In this document: one piece after another, positions 38,490-48,265 of the stretch | Position numbering within the stretch: the stretch's first letter is position 1 | Layout: each line of letters opens with the position of its first letter | Assembly: GCA_963665235.2 (NCBI GenBank) | Contig: CAXXLX010000001.1 | Coordinates: forward strand, 256,001 to 320,000 | Origin: Candidatus Poribacteria bacterium | Lineage (GTDB): Bacteria > Poribacteria > WGA-4E > WGA-3G | Reading direction: 5' to 3' | Length of the DNA stretch: 64,000 bases | Translations under genes and position numbers: made by a program | Notes under the pieces: generated by a model | Told to the model about the DNA's origin: nothing | Seen by the model: only the letters and a program-made list of their open reading frames with translations | The model's database searches: none

Positions 38490-40805
38490 TTACTTTTGAA
38501 TGAGCATTTTGCCAGTCGCCGTGAAATCCCCCGCTGTAAATGTATAGAAATAGACACCACTCGCTACAACCTCACCCAACCCATTCCGACCATCCCAATA
38601 TGCCGCACGTGACTTGCTTTGATATACACCCGCAGGCAAACGCCCCAACACCAATGTTTTTATGAGTTTTCCATCGGCAGCATGAATAGAAATGTTAACC
38701 TCTGCAGGCTCTGCTAACTGATACGGTATCCAAGTCTCAGGGTTAAAAGGATTTGGATAATTTGTTAGCAGAGCAGTTTCTTTTGGTGGCACTTCTACAT
38801 CAATCAAAACTGCTAAGAACTGCTCCAAAACAACTATTCCTCTTTGCATCTGTGGTTCTTGTCTATCAAGTTGCTTGGCAAGGCGTATCCATTGTGAGAG
38901 ATTCTCAACCGTGAGGTTAGATGTCTCAACTGAGTTTCTACTGAGTGTAGGAGCCGCTGCCGAACCTATCTCCGCAGCAATTAGAAGTAAGTCTATTATA
39001 TCCACAGTACCATCAAGGTTCACATCTGGATAGAGGTTTATCCGTGCAAGTTCCACCAAGTCAGAATCTTCCAAGTTGGATGCAGCCAAGACAAGATCTG
39101 CTATATCTACAACTCCATCACGGTTCACATCCGGAGGATTGGGAGGAGGATCTGCATAGTATTCCTCTAGATTTTCTATCAATGCTGCAATAGGAGAGTA
39201 ATCTAAAATTCTGTTGTCACGTAGGTCTAACACTTTAAGATTAACTAAACCACGGAGTGCAGATATATCTGATATATTGTTGCTACGTAGGTCTAACACT
39301 TCAAGATTAACTAAACCACGGAGTGCAGATATATCTGATATATTATTACCATCAAGGTCCAGTTCTGTCAGATTAACTAAACCACTAAGTGTAGACACAT
39401 CCGAAATCTGATTGTCGTCAAGATCCAGTTCCATCAATTTAGTTAAAGTAGTTAGAGGCGTCAAATTTGATATCTTGTTGTTGTGAAGGTCAAGTAGTTT
39501 CAAGTTTCTCAAGTTTTTGATTGGAGATATGTTTGTTATCTTGTTCCCATCAAGGTCTAGTTCTATCAGGTTTACAAGTCCGCCGATCGGTGATATATCA
39601 GAGATTTTATTACCATCAAGATCGAGTATTGTCAGTCTTTTTAAATTGCTAATTGCCGATATATCTGTTATCTGATTGTCATCAAGATCCAGTTCTGTCA
39701 GTCTTGTCAAGTTTCTAACTGGAGAAATATCTGTTATCTGATTGTCATCAAGATCTAACCAGGTTAAGTATGTCAAACCTTTAAGTGGAGACAAATCCGA
39801 TAATGGGTTGTCGTCAATATCTAAACGTCTCAGGGTTATCAAGTCTTTGAGCGGGGATACGTCTGATATCTTGTTGTCGGAAATATCCAGATATTTCATT
39901 TTTGTCAAGTTTTTGAGTGAAGATATATCCGAAACTTCGTTAGAGTCAAAGTCCAACAAAATTATTTCTGTCATAGTCTCAAGTGCGGACACTTCCTGTA
40001 TCCGATTGGATTGGAGATTTAGGTGTGTTAAGTTTATCAAACTTTTGAGCGAAGAGACATCCGATATCTGATTTAGTTTAAGATTCAGGTGGGTCAAATT
40101 TGTCAAAACTTCAAGTGGAGACACATCTACTAAATCGTTGTCGTAAAGATCCAGGTATTTTAAACTCATTAAAGGACGGAGTGAAAAGATGTCTGAAATT
40201 TTATTGCCCCGAAGATCAAGTTCAATCAATTTAGTTAAAGTCCTGAGTGGAGATACATCATATACACGGTTGCTTCTAAGATTTAGAAATGTCAAGTTTA
40301 TCAGGTTTTTGAGTGGGGAGATATCAGACAATAGAGGATTACGACCAAGATCAAGGTATGTCAAGTTTGTCAAGTTTTTGAGCGGGGAGACATTGGAAAT
40401 CTTATTACGATCAAGATATAGCACTGTTAGATTTGTAGCAAACTCAAGACCGGTTAGATCTCTAATATTTGATACAAATATATCGTTATCATCCAAACAT
40501 ATCCACCTTTCTTTCCACCAAGCTCCATTCTCAGTCCAAGGTATAAAACGGCATCTACTGGCTTGAAGTGATTGCAAACTAGCTAAATCTACCTGAGTAA
40601 TGTTTTCACTGGCCTCTTTATCTAATGCAAGTTTGAGAGCATCACGAAGATTAGGATCCGGAATGTGGACAATCTGTGCAGTTGCTATCCGGTGCGGTAT
40701 GAAAAAGAACGCGTATGTGACGAGAATTAGGATGACGACGGCAATTCCTGAGGTTTGCCTTAAGAACGGTAAGGGTGTTGATTCAGGATCTATCAAAAGT
40801 TTCAA
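38490..40805 (-). CDS. Internalin-like leucine-rich repeat protein with dockerin-like and FlgD-Ig/T9SS-like domains
   Basis: IPDPNLR cap; about 19 22-aa repeats LxxLxLxxNxIxDIxPL; DVNRDGVVDIAD; NYPNPFNPETWIPYQL. Confidence 0.93.
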   Translation of the reverse strand: MKLLIDPESTPLPFLRQTSGIAVVILILVTYAFFFIPHRIATAQIVHIPDPNLRDALKLALDKEASENITQVDLASLQSLQASRCRFIPWTENGAWWKERWICLDDNDIFVSNIRDLTGLEFATNLTVLYLDRNKISNVSPLKNLTNLTYLDLGRNPLLSDISPLKNLINLTFLNLRSNRVYDVSPLRTLTKLIELDLRGNKISDIFSLRPLMSLKYLDLYDNDLVDVSPLEVLTNLTHLNLKLNQISDVSSLKSLINLTHLNLQSNRIQEVSALETMTEIILLDFDSNEVSDISSLKNLTKMKYLDISDNKISDVSPLKDLITLRRLDIDDNPLSDLSPLKGLTYLTWLDLDDNQITDISPVRNLTRLTELDLDDNQITDISAISNLKRLTILDLDGNKISDISPIGGLVNLIELDLDGNKITNISPIKNLRNLKLLDLHNNKISNLTPLTTLTKLMELDLDDNQISDVSTLSGLVNLTELDLDGNNISDISALRGLVNLEVLDLRSNNISDISALRGLVNLKVLDLRDNRILDYSPIAALIENLEEYYADPPPNPPDVNRDGVVDIADLVLAASNLEDSDLVELARINLYPDVNLDGTVDIIDLLLIAAEIGSAAAPTLSRNSVETSNLTVENLSQWIRLAKQLDRQEPQMQRGIVVLEQFLAVLIDVEVPPKETALLTNYPNPFNPETWIPYQLAEPAEVNISIHAADGKLIKTLVLGRLPAGVYQSKSRAAYWDGRNGLGEVVASGVYFYTFTAGDFTATGKMLIQK

Positions 40806-40968
40806 GAAATTTTACTCCTTAATAAGCAATAGCGGAAATTGAGAAGAAAGATAAAGCAAATGTGTCTATTTGCTACCTTTCAATCTCCAATATTCCACTT
40901 GACACATCCAATTGGTTACTTCAGAAACTTAGACTTCACTGAAGCAATTTTAGTCGGTTATTCGAGTT

Positions 40969-41631
40969 TTAATTTGTCATGTTTTGTGAGCCAGGGGTTG
41001 CTTGTACAACCTGAAAATCGCCCGTGCCATCCGGCAAGCGTCCGAAAGCAGCGTCCGTTTCTTGCTCCCCAAATGTAATGCTATCCAGCACTTGATTGCC
41101 GTTCGCATCGGTATCCACGAGTAGGACGAGTTCACCACTTCTAGACAGCTTGAAGTTGGCATGCAGCCCTTCAGTCGCATTTTCGTCATTATGATCTTCA
41201 TCCAACCACACAATTAAATATCCGTTTGCAGGAATGCTGGTATTCTCCGGAAATTCCCACTTGGTAGGATTATCTTCTTTGTCCGAAAGATACATCCCTG
41301 TAAGCGTTATCGGGCTACCAGTGCGGTTGTGCAACTCAAGCCAGTCATCATAGTCCCCCTGTGGGTCAGCAAGAATATTGTCGTTATCTGCCATCAGTTC
41401 GTTAATAACAACAGAGGGCCCTTCCATATCCGGAGGGGTCGCATCCCCACCCCCCGTATCCGGCGGCATCGCATCTCCTCCTCCCGTATCCGGCGGCATC
41501 GTATCCCCACCCCCCGTATCCGGCGGCATCATGTCTTTCGGATCTACGATTTCACGTTCGCAGGATACAAAGGTAATACACCCAATTAAAATTGAAACAA
41601 AAACTAAAAATATCTGGAATTTTGGCACCAT
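40969..41631 (-). CDS. Lamin-tail-domain lipoprotein with MPPDTGGGD linker repeats
   Basis: Lipobox FVSC; VVINELMA, DWLEL, YLSD, NFKLS, TPGSQN. Confidence 0.88.
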   Translation of the reverse strand: MVPKFQIFLVFVSILIGCITFVSCEREIVDPKDMMPPDTGGGDTMPPDTGGGDAMPPDTGGGDATPPDMEGPSVVINELMADNDNILADPQGDYDDWLELHNRTGSPITLTGMYLSDKEDNPTKWEFPENTSIPANGYLIVWLDEDHNDENATEGLHANFKLSRSGELVLLVDTDANGNQVLDSITFGEQETDAAFGRLPDGTGDFQVVQATPGSQNMTN

Positions 41632-41832
41632 GAATGCTCCTTATTTTAAATTATTAAATTGTAAACTAAGATGTTGACGAAGAGGTCTAAATCTATCCAC
41701 CAGGCTTTAAAATAGGCGTGCTCTCCCGAGCACGATATTCACCTTAGCAGAGCCTCTCAAGTTAATGATAACACATTTAGCCTTAATTTGTCAAAAAAAT
41801 CAGCATCCAAAAACATTTTTAACGGTGTTACC

Positions 41833-43035
41833 CTACAAAAACTTTTGATAGACCCCCATAATCCTTTCATAATGAATATCCGCGTTAAACTCCGCTTCCA
41901 TTTTCTCTCGCCCAGCCTTCCCCATCGCTGCAGCCTCAGCTCTATGGTCCGACATCCACTGTAGCCGGTCCCGCAACGCTTCCTCGCCTCCCGACGGTAC
42001 AAGAAACCCATCAACCCCATCAACAACAAGTTCAGGGATACCCCCTATATCCGCTCCAATTACCGGTTTGCCGTAAGCATAAGATTCTAAAACGGACATA
42101 GGGCAATTTTCATACCACTCTGAGGGTAAAACGGTACAGATACTATTGAGAATCAGTTCTTGGAGTTCTTCGCCGCGTTTAAAACCGAGAAGATGAATAT
42201 GGTCACACCCATTTTCCTCAATAATTCGCTGAATTTCAGGCATCGCTTCACCGTCTCCCACAATATACAGCGGCACCTGTGTCAGTGGCACAGCCGCCTT
42301 TATAAGCGTCAAAATGCCTTTGCTCCGATGCACCCTCCCAAAATAGAGCACATAATCCCCCACGGAGAAATTCGGTGTAATGTCGGAAACATCAACGAAG
42401 TTATGCACCGTTGAAATCTTTTCTTCAGGAATACCGTACTGTATCATCTTTTTTCGCAGAAAATGAGAGACAGAGATAAAATGATCGAATTTATCAACCG
42501 CGCCTAAATGCCGTGAAACATAAGACTCCGTAACACTGAGGGCAGTCCGGGCAAGCGAGCCTCTATTGCACCGCTTCGGCAGCGCACGCCAAAAGTGTTT
42601 GCCTTCACAGGCCTCACAAATCTCATCGTTCGACAGATGACTATAGACAGGACACGTCAGCTTATATTCGTGTAACGTCTGAATCAACGGAACACCCGCC
42701 TTTTTGAGCACCCCTAAAATTGAGGCGGTCAACTTGCCATAGTAGATATGAAAGTGTGCTATATCAATAGGAGTATCGTTCAGTAACCGTTGAATTGACT
42801 TAACGGCATCGCGTGAATATAAGAAACGCACTAGGTCCACCGGACCCGGGTTTTCAAGATCGGCACCGCGTGGAAAATATTGCGACCATTCTGTGGGTTC
42901 ATTTTTCGGGCTAGCTGCTGTAAAAGGAATAACCTTGTGCCCGTGTTTTTGCAACAATTCCCCCATCGTAAAAAAGTACCGGTCGGAGCCGCCGCGGATA
43001 TAATGGTTTTGTGAAGTATTCAGAATCGTTAACAT
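41833..43035 (-). CDS. Glycosyltransferase family 4
   Basis: TLHEYKLTCP, FGRVHRSKG, ENCPMSVLE (EX7E), GGIPE; start set at ATG 43035. Confidence 0.93.
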   Translation of the reverse strand: MLTILNTSQNHYIRGGSDRYFFTMGELLQKHGHKVIPFTAASPKNEPTEWSQYFPRGADLENPGPVDLVRFLYSRDAVKSIQRLLNDTPIDIAHFHIYYGKLTASILGVLKKAGVPLIQTLHEYKLTCPVYSHLSNDEICEACEGKHFWRALPKRCNRGSLARTALSVTESYVSRHLGAVDKFDHFISVSHFLRKKMIQYGIPEEKISTVHNFVDVSDITPNFSVGDYVLYFGRVHRSKGILTLIKAAVPLTQVPLYIVGDGEAMPEIQRIIEENGCDHIHLLGFKRGEELQELILNSICTVLPSEWYENCPMSVLESYAYGKPVIGADIGGIPELVVDGVDGFLVPSGGEEALRDRLQWMSDHRAEAAAMGKAGREKMEAEFNADIHYERIMGVYQKFL

Positions 43036-43042
43036 AGTTTCG

Positions 43043-43936
43043 TCACTCCCGGGGGCCAGCATCTGTGAAAGATGCAGCAGCAAAGGGCCGATAATAGGCC
43101 GTTCCTAACTGTTTATTGACAAATTCGGGGTCACCTGCGTCCAAAATTGCCTTATCTATCTCCTCGGCTACAGTAGTTCCCCACCAATTGTTGCTTATCG
43201 TTAAGTCAAATTTTACCTGTAACCGGAGGGCTTCGACATTGCCGTTCAGATTATTCTCTACAATAATGGATTGCACATTTTCGCAGATAATCCCCGTTCT
43301 GTTCCTTGTAATATTGTTCTTCTGAATTCGGGGACGCGTCTGACGACCGATAGTGCTAATCCCAATATCGTTGTTAAGGATATCGTTGTGTTGAATTATG
43401 GCATTACTTCCATCTAGTGCAACCGCGGTTTCATTTGAGCGAAGCGTGCAATCTACCACAGTCGGAGAACTGGTTCTGATATCAACCGCGACCGTTGCGT
43501 ATTCTATCACTGCGCCGCGCAGAAAACTCTCCGCGCCGTGTGTGTGGTCAAAGAGAATACCGACCCAATCACCGGATTGTGGCCCGATAGCGTCCGAAGT
43601 CATAAAAACTTTTTCGCCTAAATCTTCCGCCAATACCGGCGTTCCGACTTTCAGCACACCTCGTACCTTGATGAGGGCATCACGACCGAATTTAACAGTC
43701 GTCCCCGGCAAAATTTGTAACGTTATATCGGATGGAATTTCCAGCGTACCCCGCACAATATAGGTCTTCTCAGCCACCCACGTCTCATCCCCGGTGAGCT
43801 GATAATCTTCACGTACGACCTCGGTGTCCTCATCCGGATTGTCCGTAGGCGGCGCGGAATCGTTACATCCACATAAGCTTAACCCCAAAAGTAGGATTAA
43901 TAAACATAAGCTGAATTGTTTGTTTTGTGCCTTCAT
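43043..43936 (-). CDS. Right-handed beta-helix (NosD/pectin-lyase-like) lipoprotein
   Basis: Lipobox LCGC; LQILPGTTVKF, GDWVGI, Asn-ladder repeats, NNWWG. Confidence 0.8.
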   Translation of the reverse strand: MKAQNKQFSLCLLILLLGLSLCGCNDSAPPTDNPDEDTEVVREDYQLTGDETWVAEKTYIVRGTLEIPSDITLQILPGTTVKFGRDALIKVRGVLKVGTPVLAEDLGEKVFMTSDAIGPQSGDWVGILFDHTHGAESFLRGAVIEYATVAVDIRTSSPTVVDCTLRSNETAVALDGSNAIIQHNDILNNDIGISTIGRQTRPRIQKNNITRNRTGIICENVQSIIVENNLNGNVEALRLQVKFDLTISNNWWGTTVAEEIDKAILDAGDPEFVNKQLGTAYYRPFAAASFTDAGPRE

Positions 43937-43946
43937 GTTATTCTTT

Positions 43947-43979
43947 GTTGCAAGTCACACGGTTTTTCTTCGAAAAAAA
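43947..43979 (-). promoter_or_regulatory. Conserved 33-bp motif upstream of glycan block 2 (copy B)
   Basis: 28/33 identical to 6738-6770; 10 nt upstream of ATG 43936. Confidence 0.55.
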
Positions 43980-44011
43980 TTCAAAACGCAGCGTTTTTTT
44001 CCTTATAAACG

Positions 44012-46576
44012 TCACAACCTCGGGTCAACTGTTTCACTTTCCAGAGCCAAAATACCGAAAACACATTCGTGAACGCGGGACAGCGGTTCACGACTAACAA
44101 AACGTTCAAGTGCTTCAACACCTAAGGCAAACTCCCTAAGCGCGAGGGAACGTTTGTGAGATAAACCCCGTGAACGCAGTCGTTCCAAATTTTGCGGCAA
44201 TGTATACTCAGGCCCATAGATAATCCGCAGATATTCACGGCCGCGGCATTTGACAGCAGGTTGCACCAACCCACGTTTGCCTTGAACGACAAAATTCAGC
44301 GGTTTGATAACCATACCTTCACCCCCCTTTTCCGTGAGCTCCTCCCACTGCCGAATCGCTGCCTCTCGGCTTTCATCATCAGATAGGGTTACCTGGCCAT
44401 AAGACGTTGCGAATAACACATCATCCGCAGCACTTTCACAAAGCTTCGTCAACATCTGCATGTGCCACAGATGGTCTTTATCGACATGTGTCGCACCTTC
44501 CGTTGCAAGCAGGTGGAACGGTGCCAATTTGAGCTCCGCTATAGATTGCACAGGCCAACAATATTGCTGATAAGCCGGGACATATTTCGCCACCGCCTCT
44601 GAGCGTTGCCTATACGTATCCACTAGACCGTTCACGTCAACCCCGTGTGCAGCGGCAGCTTTTAGGACAGTCAGTGCTTCCGCTAAGGCGACCCCGGCTG
44701 ACGCACCTACAGGGGCATATTGCTGCCGCAACAATTCCTGTGCCTTAACCGACCACGGCATTAGTTCACAATCGAGACAAAACCACTCCGTGCTAAAGGT
44801 TTCCCAATAACCGGCACTATCTATCGCCGCTTTTATTTGGTTCAACAGGCCCGTTTCAATCGTAGCGTCTTCAAAAAACCGTCTACCTGTCCGTGTGTAG
44901 CAGATGCCGAAGGTGTCATCCACAACACCAAATCGTCTCTTTGCAGCATCTGCGTCCCGGCAAACGACTACAATAGCACGTGACCCCATGTGTTTTTCCT
45001 GCCAGACAACCTCGGACACCCCCTGTTTGCGATAATAGTCAAACGCTTCTGCTGGATGTTCAAGCAGGTTTGGGATATTCGTAGTTTCAGTTGGCGACAT
45101 TGTCGGCGGCAGATATATCAACCATTTCGGATGGACAGCGAAACGACTCATGACCTCAAGCGCGTGGACGGTATTCTCCTCACGGATTGTCACGTTGTGA
45201 TTTAACCGTGTGCTGATAACGCGCCGCCCTAGTACATCGTTGATGTCCAGCATATCATCGTACACCTGTGTTTCGGCAGCTGACCGTTCAGCCTCATCAT
45301 CAAGGAACGGTTTCGCTGGAGCATAATAGGTACGATGTGCAGGAACAGATACGAACTCTTTTTCGGGGTATCGTAACGCTGTCAGTTTGCCGCCAAAAAC
45401 ACACCCGGTATCAATATTGACCGTGCGGTTCACCCAGCTCGGTTCACTCACCGCCGTGTGTCCATAAACAACCATCGCAGTGCCGCGATACGTCTCCGCC
45501 CAATTGAGCCGAACAGGTAAACCGAACTCATCGGTTTCACCCGTAGTTTCACCATATAGCGCAAATTGTCGAACGCGTCCGGAGGCGCGTCCCTGTAATT
45601 CCGCCTTCATCCCGGCATGCGCGACGACCAATTTTCCATCGTCTAATACATAGTGGCTCGTCAGGCCATCCAGAAATTCAGCGACTCGTTCTTTAAACGT
45701 TGGCGTTTCGTGCTCTAATTGCGCCAGCGATTCTGCCAACCCGTGTGTCGTTTGCACATTTTTGCCGCGAAGCGCGCGAACCAATTTTACGTCATGATTC
45801 CCTGGCACACAAATTGCCGTGCCAGCCGCGTGCATCGTCATCACAAGTCTAAGGACTTCAACAACCTTCGGCCCCCTATCCACAAAATCTCCTACGAAAA
45901 TCACCCTTCTACCGTGTGGCGGTTCAACATGAGGTCCACCATCTGCCTGCATTGAGATTTCATAACCGAGCTCCTCCAGCAACTCAATAAGTTCATCGAA
46001 ACATCCGTGAATATCACCGATAATATCAAATGGGCCCCGTTCGGTCGTGCGGTTCATGTAGAGCGGTTGCCTCACCAAACGGAGTGCCTCAACCTCTTCA
46101 GGCGTAGACATAACATGAACAACGTGCCGAAACCCCTCACGCTTAAGACCGCGCAGGGAACGCCGAAGTTGCTCACGTTGCCTACGCACCACATACGGTT
46201 TGAAATCTCTATCAGGCCGCGCCTCATTCCTTTCTTGACAAAGCTTTGCGGGCATGTTTAACACAAGTGCGACGGTTAAGTAATGATATTCACGCGCCAA
46301 TGATAGCAAAGGTTTTCGCGAATCAACCTGGACGTTAGTCGCATCAATAACTGTCAATTTCCCAGCGGCGAGCCGTTTCGCGGCGATGAAATGCAGTACC
46401 TCAAACGCCTCTTTCGTTGATGCCTGGTCCGTCTCATCGTCTGAAACAAGCCCCCGGCAAAAATCGGACGAAAGGATTTCGGTCGGCTTAAAATGCTTCC
46501 GCGCAAAGGTAGACTTGCCCGAACCTGAGGGCCCGATAAGAATCACAAGTGACGGTTCAGGAATCTTGAGTATCAT
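44012..46576 (-). CDS. pnkp: Bacterial polynucleotide kinase-phosphatase-ligase (RNA repair)
   Basis: Kinase GPSGSGKS; metallophosphatase GDIHG, GDFVDRG, GNHD; ligase EKHMGSR, EGMVIKP, KCRGREYLRIIYG. Confidence 0.96.
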   Translation of the reverse strand: MILKIPEPSLVILIGPSGSGKSTFARKHFKPTEILSSDFCRGLVSDDETDQASTKEAFEVLHFIAAKRLAAGKLTVIDATNVQVDSRKPLLSLAREYHYLTVALVLNMPAKLCQERNEARPDRDFKPYVVRRQREQLRRSLRGLKREGFRHVVHVMSTPEEVEALRLVRQPLYMNRTTERGPFDIIGDIHGCFDELIELLEELGYEISMQADGGPHVEPPHGRRVIFVGDFVDRGPKVVEVLRLVMTMHAAGTAICVPGNHDVKLVRALRGKNVQTTHGLAESLAQLEHETPTFKERVAEFLDGLTSHYVLDDGKLVVAHAGMKAELQGRASGRVRQFALYGETTGETDEFGLPVRLNWAETYRGTAMVVYGHTAVSEPSWVNRTVNIDTGCVFGGKLTALRYPEKEFVSVPAHRTYYAPAKPFLDDEAERSAAETQVYDDMLDINDVLGRRVISTRLNHNVTIREENTVHALEVMSRFAVHPKWLIYLPPTMSPTETTNIPNLLEHPAEAFDYYRKQGVSEVVWQEKHMGSRAIVVVCRDADAAKRRFGVVDDTFGICYTRTGRRFFEDATIETGLLNQIKAAIDSAGYWETFSTEWFCLDCELMPWSVKAQELLRQQYAPVGASAGVALAEALTVLKAAAAHGVDVNGLVDTYRQRSEAVAKYVPAYQQYCWPVQSIAELKLAPFHLLATEGATHVDKDHLWHMQMLTKLCESAADDVLFATSYGQVTLSDDESREAAIRQWEELTEKGGEGMVIKPLNFVVQGKRGLVQPAVKCRGREYLRIIYGPEYTLPQNLERLRSRGLSHKRSLALREFALGVEALERFVSREPLSRVHECVFGILALESETVDPRL

Positions 46577-47993
46577 CAGTGCCCTCACCTACCTTGATAT
46601 TTCTGGTAAATACCGCCATCTGCGTTGGTGCCCCTACATTTTCATCGGTTGGCCCTATCGGATGGAACGCAACGGTGTAACCGAAACGTTCAGAGAGACC
46701 TGTTGCCCAAGCGTGAAATTCGTTCCGTGTCCACTCAAAACGGTGGTCTCTATGTCGGAAGCGTCCCGCCTGTAAATTTTCAAACTTGACGTTATATTCT
46801 ATGTTCGGGGTCGTCAACACAACCGTCTGGGGACAGGCAAACTCGAAAAGTCCCCGTTCAAAAGCGGCGAGCCGTTCAGAATCCAGATGTTCAATCACCT
46901 CTACAACAGCAGCGGCATCGTATCCACTTAGACGTTCATCGCGATATCCCAATGCCCCTTGAAAAAGATGGAGACGTTCTTTCTGTTTATCCGGCAATCG
47001 GTCATAATGGAGCCGCTCCTGTGCAATCTTTAGGGCACGATGCGAAACGTCCATGCCCACAATTTGTTCAAACTGCTTCTCTGACATCAGTTTGCGCAGC
47101 AGCTTACCTTCACCGCACCCTAAATCAAGCACGCGTTTCGCACCAGCCTGTTTGAGTGCTTCAGTGACCGCCTGTAGACGAAGTTCGTTCAGCCCGATAC
47201 CTTTTTCAACCTGCTCCTCCGCTTCAGCGGCCGCTGCTTCGTCAGCCACTTGCACATCTTCGTCACGCAACTGCGAAAGGGCTTGATGCGTAAGCCGACG
47301 TTGATGTTTCAAGTAGCGGCTGACAATAGACTCCTGTTCCGGATGCGTAGAGAGCCAGTCACCTCCATGTTTTTTAAGCTTCTCAATCTCCGCCTCGTCA
47401 ACATAATAGTGTTTCTCGTCATCAAGTACAGGAATTAGCACGTAAAGGTGCGTCAGAAGTTCGCTCAAGCGGCACGTGTTCTCCAACGTGACCGTGAAAT
47501 AGCGGCTATCGCCCCATTCCGGGAAGTGTGCATCTAGTGTGTGTCGTTGGGCGTTTACAGTATACCCGAGCGGTTCAAAAAGTCGGTGCAAAAATCTCTC
47601 GCCGCCCCGACAGGGCAAAATGGCTAACTTTGCACTTAACGGGATAGCGGTCTCCGCAAGCTCCGGCCGGTCTTTACTCCTGCCCGACAATGCGGTGTTA
47701 AAAACCTTAGCGATTGCAACGCTCAAAAACGAAGAAGCCACATACGGACGGTCGCTAACGTACTCGGCTAACGCAAAATTCTCCCGAAACCGGCCCCGGC
47801 GCTGACGGACAAGCCCAACCGAATCAACATCAAGCAGTAGGGCAGCCGTGCATCTCTCCTCTCCTACCTCTGGGTAAAAGACGTGTGCCTGCCCAAACGC
47901 AAGCGTAAAAGATTGAAGACGTGCCGGGTGTTTATGTAGCAGATACCCCAAATCTGTTGCGGGAGAATATGTAGTCGTTAGTGTCAAAAGCAT
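46557..47993 (-). CDS. hen1: 3'-terminal RNA ribose 2'-O-methyltransferase Hen1
   Basis: ATDLGYLLHKHP, DRPYVASSFLS (Hen1-L); DLGCGEG, EVIEH, TTPN, RHRDHRFEW. Confidence 0.97.
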   Translation of the reverse strand: MLLTLTTTYSPATDLGYLLHKHPARLQSFTLAFGQAHVFYPEVGEERCTAALLLDVDSVGLVRQRRGRFRENFALAEYVSDRPYVASSFLSVAIAKVFNTALSGRSKDRPELAETAIPLSAKLAILPCRGGERFLHRLFEPLGYTVNAQRHTLDAHFPEWGDSRYFTVTLENTCRLSELLTHLYVLIPVLDDEKHYYVDEAEIEKLKKHGGDWLSTHPEQESIVSRYLKHQRRLTHQALSQLRDEDVQVADEAAAAEAEEQVEKGIGLNELRLQAVTEALKQAGAKRVLDLGCGEGKLLRKLMSEKQFEQIVGMDVSHRALKIAQERLHYDRLPDKQKERLHLFQGALGYRDERLSGYDAAAVVEVIEHLDSERLAAFERGLFEFACPQTVVLTTPNIEYNVKFENLQAGRFRHRDHRFEWTRNEFHAWATGLSERFGYTVAFHPIGPTDENVGAPTQMAVFTRNIKVGEGTDDTQDS

Positions 47994-48154
47994 AGCAATG
48001 TTTCAAGGAGTTAGATGAAATGATGACTCTACGTCTGTCCGATTTGTAGTCTCACAAAATTTCTGCCTCTATACCGAGTATTCTAAAAATTATACCATAC
48101 TCTTAGCTAAAACGCAAACACTTTTTTCTCTTCTCTGCACGTGACATTAATCGT

Positions 48155-48183
48155 TTGACGTTTTATGGCATTTGTCGTATAAT
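48155..48183 (+). promoter_or_regulatory. Sigma70-type promoter
   Basis: TTGACG-N17-TATAAT. Confidence 0.7.
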
Positions 48184-48265
48184 TATCGTTATAGTGACAC
48201 CTTTACCGATGGAATCCATCTGTGTACGCGCTTATCTACAATGTCTAGGTCAGTAAAAGGAGATT

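Noticed and set aside
41632-41830. Possible riboswitch upstream of the LTD gene
   Set aside because: Only a TTGACA-N18-TATCAT promoter and one small hairpin (CGTGCTC/GAGCACG); no recognisable aptamer.
48040-48066. Third copy of the 33-bp glycan motif upstream of hen1
   Set aside because: Partial gapped similarity (AGTCTCACAAAATTTCT) that could be chance.
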